Positions 39,401 through 51,400 of a stretch of DNA of 64,000 nucleotides are shown piece after piece. The first letter of the stretch is position 1, and each line of letters begins with the position of its first letter. Made by a program: the position numbers and the translations under genes. Source of the stretch: Mobula hypostoma (taxonomy: Eukaryota); contig NC_086109.1 of the NCBI RefSeq assembly GCF_963921235.1, forward strand, positions 20,896,001 to 20,960,000, written 5' to 3'. Below the pieces are notes generated by a model. It had not been told where the DNA came from. It did no database searches and saw only the letters and a program-made list of their open reading frames with translations.

Positions 39401-42400
39401 TTAATTCCATTCCTCTCGAAATGAATGCCAACATTGCATTTGTCTTCCTTGCCACAACTCAACCTGTAATGTGATGATTATGAACCTCCCAGCTATCTTA
39501 GTTTGATCACTGGTGAACGCAGCAGGCCAGGCAGTCTAGGAAGAGGTGCAGTTGACATTTCGGGCCGAGACCCTTCGTCAGGACTAACTGAAGGAAGAGC
39601 TAGTAAGAGATTTGAAAGTTGGAGGGGGAGGGGGAGATCCAAAATGATAGGAGAAGACAGGAGGGGGAGGGATGGAGCCAAGAGCTGGACAGGTGATTGG
39701 CAAAAGGGATATGAGAAGATCATGGGACAGGAGGCCCAGGGAGAAAAAAAAGGGGGAGGGGGGAAGCCCAGAGGATGGGCAAGGGGTGTGGTGAGAGGGA
39801 TAGAGGGAGAAAAAGGAGAGAGAAAAAAAGAATGTGTGTATATAAATAAATAACAGATGGGGTATGAGGGGGAGGTGGGGCATTAGCAGAATTTAGAGAA
39901 GTCAATGTTCATACCATCAGGTTGGAGGCTACCCAGACAGAATATAAGGTGTTGTTCCTCCAACCTGTGTGTGGCTTCATCTTTACAGTAGAGGAGGCCG
40001 TGGATAGACATGTCAGAATGGGATGTGGAATTAAAATGTGTGGCCGCTGGGAGATCCTGCTTTCTCTGGCGGTCAGAGCGTAGGTGTTCAGCGAAGCGAT
40101 CTCCCAGTCTGCATCGGGTCTTGCTGCATTGGGAACACCCCTCTCACTATACCCGTTGCCCATCCTCTGGGCTTCCCCCCTCCCCCTTTTCTTTTCCCCT
40201 AGGCCTCCTGTCCCATGATCCTCTCATTTCCCTTTTGCCAATCACCTGTCCAGCTCTTGGCTCCATCCCTCCCCCTCCTGTCTTCTCCTATCATTTCGGA
40301 TTTTCCCCTCCCCCTCCCACTTTCAAATCTCTTACTAGCTCTTCTTTCAGTTAGTCCTGACGAAGGGTCTCGGCCTGAAACGTCAACTGTACCCCTTCCT
40401 AGAGATGCTGCCTGGCCTGCTGCGTTCACCAGCAACTTTTATGTGTGTTGCTTGAAATTCCAGCATCTGCAGATTTCCTCGTGTTTTAGTTTGATCACTG
40501 ATGAGAGGCAGGGAATATTGTTGTAGCTCTCTGGCTCCTCCTATTGGCCATGTTAGTTGTTTGCCATTTATTTTAGTGTGATGAGCGTTGTAATTTTTTT
40601 CCAAGATTCTTTATGGCATAATTGGCCACAGATACATGATGCACATTACAAAAGGTGGCCCGTGGTTAGAGTTTTAAAGGAAGGGAAATGAATGGGGAGA
40701 TGTAGACTTTGCAAACCAGTGATGGGATGAAAGAAGTGTATTTTGTGCTGGAAGAGTGTGGAGATTTGAGGAATGTGGAGCTGGAAGGAGACAGTCGGAA
40801 CAACATTCTGGAGCAATTCAAATACAGAAATAACTGTCTTGAAAAGTGTTTCATCTCTTGAGAGAAAAATAAATTTCATTCACATGGTATTTTTCGGCCA
40901 TATTCTTCTGTTTATTAGGACGTCTGCTTCATTGTCCAAGTGACATTTACTCATGGTGTCTTTCAGAATTGTCTTTGCTGGAGCGGCTGATGAATGGGAA
41001 TGCTCTTTACCAGAAGGATCCAGACAGTGGATCTTACAACCAAACTTTTGTAACAAAGCTTCTTCGTAATTACAGGTGAGACCTGCTCAGGTCGTATCTA
41101 GAAAGCCTTGGCCTGTGATCCTCTGACTAGTCCTGTGGTGTCTCAGCTTCATTCTGTACTAACCTTTTCCCTTCCATAGCTTGGAAAATGGTTTTCTTTC
41201 CTTTCTGGTGGTTCACCCAAGTGATCACTGTTTGAAGAATGTGCCTTCTGGCCATGGGTTTTTATTTTGTGGACTATTTAAGCAGAGTGAGCAGTACATA
41301 AAAGCAGTATCTCCTGTTCCCCACCTCTCCTCCGTATTTTACTAGTAATTTGTATATATTTTCGCTAATCTTTCTCCTCAACTTTTTTTTTCTTTCAGGA
41401 AAGCTCTACAGCTGTTCTACAGGCATATTATTTTGACATTGGGACTATGATTGTAGATGTTGGAGGACAGTGTGAGTGTGTGTGTGGGTGGAAGGGAAGA
41501 AGGAGAGCTGTTGTTTTGTTGCTTGTGCTCTGCGTTGTTCTGCCGAGCATTGTGGTCACTCTATGTTGGCTCCAGAATGTGTGGCAATCTTTGCGGGCTG
41601 CCCTCAGCACGCCCTTGGGTTATGTTGGCTTTATCACAAAGACTCATTTCCCTGTACGTTTTGATGTACATGTGGTAAATAAATTAATCGGAATCTGAAT
41701 CTTTCAGACTTTGCCCCTGCCCAAATTTGGGCTGAAGGAGCTTGCAACCCAACTTGAAAAGGATCACGTGTGGATATTGGTGCTTTGCTAAAGTTACTCC
41801 CTTGTATAATTAATTAATGTTTCCTAGGATGAAAATGACCCATGACTCCAGGAAGTAAGGCTTTCTGTTGCTTTTTGGAATATACCTTTGAGGTGGAGGA
41901 ATAGTTCCTGGGGGAGTGTTGAGGGAGCAGATTGTTATGCCTGCAGGACTGAGTTGAGTGGAGGATGGTACCGAGTTTGGATTGCCTGCAGCAAGCGCCA
42001 CAAACTGGGGAAAAAGCAGTATAGCTGGATCACAGTCTGATTGAATGGCCTCGCCTGGAAGGGATGAGTCTTTGGCAGTGGATTCTCCTGAGTTCCCAAG
42101 ATCTTGGTTACAAGTTGGGGTCACAGTCAAATGAGAATTGTCATTCTTGTTTATTCGCTTCCTGTGGTCATCTGTGGCTCAGCCAGGGACTTGAAATTGG
42201 ACAGTTCCTTTGGGGAGATGGTTACTTTATTAGGTCTGGGAGGTAGAAACCATATGGAGAAGAAACAAGACTCTGAAAGTCTTAAGGTGGATGCTGTATT
42301 TTACCTGTTGTTGGTAGAGGAAGGTGAAATCCCCCTCGAGTCAGTTTTCTTCCCTTTGTAAGGACTGTAGAGTGCACTGGTCAGTGGTTCTTGTTTGAAG

Positions 42401-45400
42401 AGTGACAGGCATGTTTGAGAAGTTCTTGCTACTCACTTTTATTGAAATACATGATGGTAATCAGATTTAAAGGTGGGAAGTCATTGCGAGCAACCTGAGA
42501 AACCTCTCCACTTCCCTTCTCTATTTTTCCCTTGACAGGGCTTAGTGACCAATATCCATTATGTGCAGCCAGACATCCACAGTAATCTTAACTATACTTC
42601 CTGCTTCCTGCAAGGACTTCTTTCCACTCTCCAATTTTATATCTATAGTATCTCTTCCATTGACCAGACTTTCTGCACCCAGTGCACATTGTTTTCTCGG
42701 TCGTGGCTTCCCTTTATATCTTCTCCATTTCCCACACTTCTGCTCAACCCCTCTCCCTCTCTCCTTCCAGCCCTCAGATTCCTCGTCTGTAGATTGCCCT
42801 CTGATTTCTGCCAGCTGTGATTCTATCGCTGGACGTTCTTCCTTCTCTCCCAACACTCTGAGGAGACCCTTCCCCAGTGACTCCCTGTTTTAAGTCATTC
42901 AATGCATTTCTTGCAGCAGGTTCCCTTGTAACAACAGGAGATGCAATCAATCCCTGCCCTTTTACCTTGTGTCAGCCAGTGGCCCATTTGGTGTACTACA
43001 TTTCTTAGGTGCTCAGTTCCATTTGACAAGTCAAATGCGGGTGATTGGCTGCTTTACGGAATGCCCCCATTCAGTCTGCTAGCACGACCATGACCTTTGC
43101 AGACTTCAATTATCCATCCTGCACCCGTTGTGACCTGTTTTCTGCCTCACACAACATTTCAACAAGCCCAACGCCAGGTCCGGGAACAGCAACTCATCTT
43201 CCTTCTTGCTTTCAGAAACAAGAGAATATCTGCAGGTGCTGCAGCTCTAAAGTAACACACACAAAATGCTGGAGGAACTCAGCAGGCCAGGCAGCACCTA
43301 TGGAAAAGGGTACAGTCGACGTTTCGGGCTCAAACCCTTCAGCAGGAGCATTGTGTGTGTATTACTTCCATCTTGCCCTGCTGTAGCCCTAGTTAACTCA
43401 GGAATTTCAGATAACCTGCCCTTTCTCGTTTGCTTGTTTTGATCAGACCCATCAGTTCCGATGTATTTAGTTTTATTTAGAGATACAGCACAGTAACAGG
43501 CCTTCCTAACGCAATGAGCCTGTACCATCCAATTACACCCATGCATACATGTATGGAATGTGGGAGGAGACTCGTATGGTCACGGGGAGAACTTACAAAC
43601 TCCTTTCAGATAGTGGAACTGAACTTGTGTTGATTGTCAGCTAGGAGACGTTATCACCAATCTGTACTGATGAGGAAGTCAGGTATCCATTTCAGATTTC
43701 CAGCATCTGCACACATTGCTCTTCAACGTGGCTCACGGGGCTGCTCAATGCTAGAGCATGAGCTCAGCAGAATTTGTGTTTAGAGGACTGTATTACTTGC
43801 TGTCAGCCATGATATAACCGAATGGTGAAAATGTCACGGGGTTATACTGCTTCCTCTTGATTGGATCATCTACTGGATCGGGGTTCCCAACCTTTTTTAT
43901 GCCACAGACCCCTATCACTGATGAAGGGTCTGTGGATTCTCAGCTGGGAACCCCTGTTAGATGAACACAGAGGAACAGACATGTATATTGAATTGGGTTA
44001 AGTGTGTACTTCCCCTTTCTCTTTACCAGACTCATAACCTGTTGGGGCAATTGGCCTCTCTCGTGTTTTGATTTCCAAATGAATGAGAGGTCTGGCAGTA
44101 CGTCTGACTATTTGCAGTAGTGTCTGTGGTTGCTGTGTTTATTAGGTCCCATCCTGAGATTCTCAAGATTCCTAATGAATTGTTCTATGAAGAAGAGCTT
44201 CAGAATCATGCTGATCCAATAATCAGCAACTCCTACTGCCAGTGGGAACATTTGCCAAAGCAGGTAAGCTTGTTTGACAGTGCTTAGTTACATGCACTAC
44301 ACATCAGCTAAGTTTGGGGCTTCTCTTGTGGTGAAGGTACAGTATTCCACCAATGTTGTGTGAAGTTCTGGGATTTAGACCCGTTGATGGATTATCTTCC
44401 AGATCAGTTTAAGGAGTACCTGCGTCAGGGGTTGTTGCAGTGTGCCTGCTGCGCCTGTCTGAAATGTCTGCTCCTTCTGCATATTCGCCATCCTGTGCAC
44501 TGCCTTTTAAATGTTTGCATCCTCATTCCGTTACATCCCAGTCGCGTGTGAGCAGCCCAATGGGACAAGGAAACCCCTTGCTCTACGTCACTGTTTCCTT
44601 CTACAATGCAAGGGTTTCCAAAATGCGAGCTTTGGTATCTTGCATTTCTTGCTTTACCTACATATCTTATTTCCACTCCATGGTCGCTTCTCTTTATCTT
44701 CAGAAACATTTTTGAATTACATTAACCACATGCTACAGAATCAGGCCCAGTTACTCAGTGCTGATTATGCGAGTCTCTTTCTACTCCTTGATAAATTCAT
44801 ATTATTCTATTTATTTACTTAGATTCACCTTTAAATATATCTAAGTTATGACTACTACATTAAACTGTCTAAGGACATAAATTTCTCTTGAATCCTTTGA
44901 TTATTGCATAACCAATTTGTGTCTTCCACTTTAGGACTCTTTCTCCTCAATCATCTTCTTCCTCAGCATCAAACTCCAACTTGGAGGGAAAAAAAATCTA
45001 TTTTAATCATTTTAGTGGTCTGTTGGATGATTTTTCACCATTCCTATTCCATGCAAAAAGTGCTTCCTATTAAATCATCCTTCTGTTCTAGTGTAAAACT
45101 TTTTGAATTAAAATTAAAATCACTCCCTCTACTCAGAGGCCACTCTACAGGCAATGGTTATGTCATGGTGGAGGTGCGCGCTTTCCAAATTTTTGACAAG
45201 TGGGTGATGCTGGCATTTATTACCTATCAACTTCTAGAGGAGGTCCTGTAGTGATTGGGCCCTTGCGCACTAAATAGTTTGAGGCAGCAGTGTATCAGGA
45301 TCACTCAGAGCAGTTATGAAATAGCTGACATTGATGAGGACTAGACTGATCTATAGACCAGCAGTGGTGAACCAGATGACAGAATTGATAGCCTTCCATG

Positions 45401-48400
45401 CACTTCCATTGTTTTTAATCATTCTATTTCTCAAATGTGAGTGCAAATCAATGTGTTCAAAGACTAATCATTTTGAGGTTGGGGGAGGAGTGCAAATTAG
45501 TGACTGAACATATCAATTTCAATCTCTGTGTATTAAGCAGTGTTCAAGATCCTGATATTGAATGCTTTGGAATTCTAGAATTTCCCCATAATCTTCCATG
45601 GAGTTCTTGGACAAGATCAGAGAGAAGAGAAGAGCCCATCCTTCTTCAATGTTGACGAGATTGATCAAGTGCTGTTCTACCTCAAAAGCCTTCTGACCAA
45701 CCAGGGAAAGAAAGGTCTTGCCAAGATTTCCCCAAAAGAAATTGGAGTGATTACTCCTTACAGGAAACAGGTTTGGAAATTCCACTTTCAGTGTGATGTT
45801 GATAAATAACTTTCAGAGGAAATGCAAGGACAAACTTGACAGATCCCCAACCACTGTTTTCACTTGCATCAGCTTCACGGCAACAACTTCCCTCAAGTTT
45901 TTGATCCATCGTCTCTAGCATTCCTCCACCCAATGCTTCCACCACAAACAAGTAAAAATCATTGCCTCTACCTGAATTCTCTCCACCTGTTCAGAGTATC
46001 TGAATCATGGGGATCCTCTGCGTCGTCCTCTTATTTCTAATCCAGGGGTTCCCAACTTTGTTTTATGCCATGAAGCCTTGCCATTAAGGCAAGCTGTCTG
46101 TGGACTCCAGGTGCAGAACCCCTGCTCTAGTCCCAACAGGTTTTACAAATCTCAGAACTGTCCACTCCCCTGCCCTTTCTCACCATAACCACCCTAAATA
46201 CTACCTTTAAGTATCTAATTACATTTTAAGTTATCAGTCTGCTTCCACCGTTCTTTAAGAAACTGGAGACCAGATCACCAGATTACATGTTCTGAACTCC
46301 CACCCTTGTTCTTTTCTCAATTACCTTTTTAAAAAAAGCAGCTTTTCAAAATTGAACAAAATGTCACGGCACGTCAGCGATGTAATGACTAGTTTGGAGT
46401 CAGAACAATAGAGAGGTGCTTCTGAAGTACAAGTCTTTGGAGGATACAGAGAGTAGTAACTAAAAGCTTGATCTGAGGTGGTTTGGTGGAAGGATATCTT
46501 AGAAATACAGCACAGAAAGTCGCTCTTTGGCACAACTCATCCCTACTGACCATATCTAAGCTATCCATATATAATATCAATAAAATGTAGCCCATGTGAC
46601 CAAAAGCAATTGCCAGAGATGGACTGAAATGTGCTGATGTGTGCAAGAGGCTGAGGGTTAGAGAAGTATTGGGTATGAAGAAGGGTTGTGGGTGAGATGC
46701 TGGAAAGTTGTAGGGAGCTTACTTAAATATCCCTTCCTCCTATTGACAGCACCTCCTCTCCGTCCCTAAGCCTTAAGGAATTGAATGGAATGAAATTGAA
46801 TTTATTACTTGCATCCTTCATATACAGGAGGAGTAAAAATCTTTGTTACATCTCCTTTCAAATGTGCAATGATAGTAATTTATAATAAACAGTATGTACA
46901 ACAGGATAATCTATATAACATAGTTGCATCTATATAATCTATATAATATAGTTGCATCAACATGAATTAAGTAGTCTGATGGCCTGGTGGAAGAAGCTGT
47001 CCTGGAGCCTGTTGGTCCTGGTTTTTATACAGCGGTAACGTTTCCTGGATGGTAGCAGCTGGAACAGTTTGTGGTTGGGGTGACTTGGATCTCCAATGAT
47101 CCTTTGGGCCCTTTTAACACACCTGTCTTTGTAAATGTCCTGAATAGTGGGAAGTTCACATCTACAGATGCGCTGGGCTGTCTGCACCACTCTCTGCAGG
47201 GTCCTACAATTGAAGGAAGTACAGTTCCCATACCAGGCAGTGATGGAGCCAGTCAGGATGCTCACAATTGTATCCTAATAGAAAAGTTCATAGAATTTGG
47301 GGGGCCATACCAAACTTCTTCAATCACCTGAGGTGAAAGAGGCGCTGTTGTGCCTTTTTTACTACACAGCCGTATGTACAGACCACGTGAGATCCTTGGT
47401 AATGTTTATGCCAAGAAACTTGAAGTAGTTCATCCTCTCCACCTCTGATCCATTGATGTGTATAGGGGTTAGTCTGGCTCTATTCCTCTTGTAGTCCACA
47501 ACCAGCTGCTTTGTTTTTGTGACTTTTAGGGAGAGGTTGTTTTCTTGACACCACTGTGTCAGGGTGATGACGTCCTCTCTGTAGGCTGCCTCATTATTAT
47601 TTGAGATTAGGCCAATCTGTGTAGTGTCATGAGCAAATTAGCAGATTGGAGCTGAGGGTGGCAACACAGTCATGGGTATGTAGAGAGTAAAAGGGGGTCT
47701 TAGTACACAGCCCCGAGGGGCACTTGTGTTGAGGGGCAGAGGTGAAGGAGCCCACTCTTACCAGCTGTTGGCGATCTGACACAGGAAGTCCAGGATCCAG
47801 CTACACAAGACAGGGTGAAGCCTGAGGTCTCTCAGCTTCTTGTTGAGCCTGGAGGGAATTATGGTGTTGAATGCTGAAGTCAATTGTGCAGACCACCCCA
47901 CCCCCAAAGGTCAAGATCATCTAAGAAATTTTTCAACTCCTTTTAATAGAAGGGGATACTAAGATGTGTTGAATTAAGAACTAAGCAATGCAAATTGGGC
48001 ATGGTCTGATGGAATGGCAGAGTGTGATCAATGGAGGGAACTGTGAGCAGTGCATTTTTGATTTGCTTCTCCCTTTCCCACAGGTGGAAAAGATCAGAAA
48101 AGCAATAAATAAAGTGGACAGAGACCTGAAAGCAATGAATGATATCAAGGAGTTGAAGGTATGTTTTGCCTATAGTGTATGCTAACATTGTCCTCTCTCC
48201 CTGCTTCTGCCTTTCCTTACTATCTGAAATTTTGTTCACATTGTGTTTGCAAATAGATATGAGTTGGTGATTACTTGTTGCCAGTGCTGTCTCATCTGCT
48301 CCCAGATAAATAGCTCAATTTAAAAACTTCTCAATGTTTTCAAATCTCTTTGCGGATGCAACCCTTCAATCCTAGAAGCTTGCATTATTGTCTCTTGGTC

Positions 48401-51400
48401 ATACTTGAGTTTAATAGCAGTAGTAGTATGGCTGGCAAGGGTCTAATTTCAGGAATTCCTGCCCTAATATTTCCTATCTCATCAAAACCTGCCTGCCTTT
48501 CTGGATAAACAAGAGACTCTGCAGATGTTGGAAATCCGGAACAACATGCACAAAATGCTGGAGGAACTCAGCAGGTCAGGTAGCATCTATGGAAACGAAT
48601 AGAGTTGATATTTTGGGCCAACACTCTTCCTCAGGACTGCTGCCTGACCCGCTGAGTTCCTCCAGCATTTTTTAATGTGTTGTCCCTCTGGATTAAGTTT
48701 TTGTACACCTGTCATGAAATCTCCTCTGTGAGTCAGTGTTTTTAAACTCTTGTGAAGAATAATCAGCTTCTACTCTTACCCCCCCCCCCCCCACCACCAC
48801 CACATCTTGGCTTCTGCTACTTCCCTGTCTAGTCCTAATGAAGGGTCTTGACCCAAAATGTCAACTGTTTATCTCCCTCCATAACTACTGTCCACCTTGC
48901 TGAGTTCCTCCAGCATTTTGTGTGCATTGCTCAAGATTTCTAGCATCTGCTGTCTGTCCTGTGGGTGCTTGGGCTGAGCAGGAACAATTTCAGTGGTGTG
49001 CTGGTATTTTCATACACTTGCATTTCATTAGGTAGGATCAGTCGAGGAGTTCCAGGGACAAGAACGGAAGGTAATCATCATCTCCACTGTCCGAAGCAGC
49101 TCAAACTACCTACAGATGGATGAAGATTTCAATCTAGGATTCCTCAAAAACCCAAAGGTAAATTGACACCACTTTCTGTCATCCAGCTCTCATAATTCAG
49201 TCCAATTTTAATACCTCACAACATTTAATAAGGCCACATTTGGAGAATTGCATACAGTTCTGGTCACCCTGCTATGGAAAGGATGCCATTAAAATAGAAA
49301 GGGTGCAAGAAAGATTTAGGAGGATGTTACCAGGACTAGAGGTTTGAGTTATAAGGAGAGGCTAGATGGGCTTAGCCTTTTTTCTCTGGAATGTGGGGGA
49401 TGAAGGGTGACCTCAGACTTTGTATTATGAGGGATGTGAATAGCCAACTATTTTCCCAGAGTAAGGGAGTCTAAACTCGGAGAACATAGATTTAAGGCAA
49501 GAGTAGAAAGATTTAAAAGGAACCTGAGGAGTGACATTTACACGCACGGGGTGGTGAATGGGCTGCCAGTGGTACAGGCAGGTACAATTACGACCTTTAA
49601 AAGACACTCAGACAAGTACAGTCATAGAAAAAGTACAGCACAGAAAAAGGCTGTTCGGCTCATCTTGTCAATTTTAAACTATTTAAACTTCCTACTCTCA
49701 TCGACCTGCACTGGGGCCATGGCCCTCCATACCCCTACCATCTGTGTACCTATTCAAAATTCTCTTAAACATTTAAATCATTCCCACATCTACCACTTGT
49801 GCTGGTAGCTCAGTCCACACTCACCACCTTCCAAGTGAAAAAACTTACCCTCATATTTCCCTTAAACTTCTCACCTTTCACCCTTACACCATGACTTCTA
49901 GTTGTAGTCCCACCCCACCTCAGTGGAAAAAGCCTGCTTGCATTTACCCAATCCATACCCTTCATAATTTTGTATTCCTCTATCAAACCTTTAGTCTTCT
50001 ACATTCCAAGGAATAAAGTCCCAACCTATTCAATCTTTCTTTATAGCTCAGTCCTCTTGTCCCACCAACATCCTTGTAAAATTTCCCTGTACATTTTCAA
50101 AATCAGACATGTCGTGAAATTTATTAACTTTCTGGCAGCAGTACAATGCAATACATAATAGAGAAAAACAATCACAGTAGATATATATTAGTTAACTAAG
50201 TAGTGGGGGGAAGAAAAACTGTAGTGAGGTAGTGTTCATGGGTTCAATGTCCATTCAGAAATCAGATGGCAGAGAAGAAGCTGTTCCTGAATTACCGAGT
50301 GTGTGCCTTCAGGCTTCTGTACCTCTTTCCTGATGGTAGCAATGAGAAGAGGTCATGTCCTAGGTGATGGGGTCTTTAATGATGGATGCCTTTTAGTGTC
50401 ACTGCTCCTTGAAGATGTCTTCGGTACTACGGAGGCTAGTGCCCATGATGGAGCTGACTAGTTTTACACCTCTCTGCAGCTTGTTTCAGTACTGTGCAGT
50501 CGACCCCTCCGTACCAGACAGTTATGCAGCTAGTTAGAATGCTCTCTACAGTACATCTGTAGAAACTTGAGTGATTTTGGTGACAACCTTATTTACATCA
50601 TTCCTGTAGGCAGGATAAGAAAGTTTTAGACTGATTTTGGCCAAAACTGGTAAATGGGACTAGCTCTGTTGAGTGACTTTGTCAGCAGGTACAAGTTGGC
50701 CCAAATGGCTTGTTTCTGTGCTGTATAACAGTAATGACAATTCTTTTCACACTAACCACTCCTAAATTCTGGTCAATTTGAAATGTCATACAAAAGGAAA
50801 AGAAAGTTGCCATTAGAAAGTTCTGAAGCTTTCTAGAGTCAATTTAATACTATTGAAGTGTAGACAAATGTTCATTTTATGAATATCTACATAATCCAGC
50901 TTTGGGTATTGGTTGGGGGCTCAGTATTAGCCAGTGGTACTCTATGCTTCACTTCTGATTGTACCGTGAAATCCTGAGCAGACAGAATCAGGTTTATTGG
51001 CACTGACATGTCGTGAACTTTGTTAATTTAGCAGCAGTTCAATACAATACATAATAAAGAAAAAAAATAAAAATAAATCAATTACTGTATATGTATATTG
51101 AATACATTAAAAATCATGCAAAAAACAAATATATATTAAAAAAGTGATGTAGTGTTCACGGGTTCAATTTCCATTTAGGAATTAGATGGCAGAGGGGAAG
51201 AAGCTGTTCCTGAATCGCTGAGTGTGTGCCTTCAGGCTTCTGTACCTCCTACCTGATGGTAACAGAGAGGCAAGGGCATGCCCTGGGTGCTGGAGGTCCT
51301 GAATAATGGACGCTGCTCCTTGAAGATGTCCTGGCTAGTTTGACCTCTGATGGAGCCGACTAAATTTACAACCCTCTGCAGCTTTTTTTCGTTTAACAGG

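Larger units (their letters stand above)
39513..40485 (-). mobile_element. 5'-truncated Penelope-like element (Neptune-like) with inverted pLTR and two hammerheads
   Basis: GIY-YIG C-terminal frame at 39883-40122; inverted repeats of about 290 bp (39510-39799 and 40138-40431); 15-bp TSD TTAGTTTGATCACTG at 39498-39512 and 40486-40500. Confidence 0.85.

Noticed and set aside
39493..40526. Mirror-image ORFs on both strands (e.g. 39503..39853 and 40199..40435) suggesting duplicated genes
   Set aside because: Artefacts of the inverted non-coding pLTRs.
43918..43935. CTGATGAAGGGTC inside a hAT MITE
   Set aside because: Lacks the GAAA box and cleavage triplet; coincidental.
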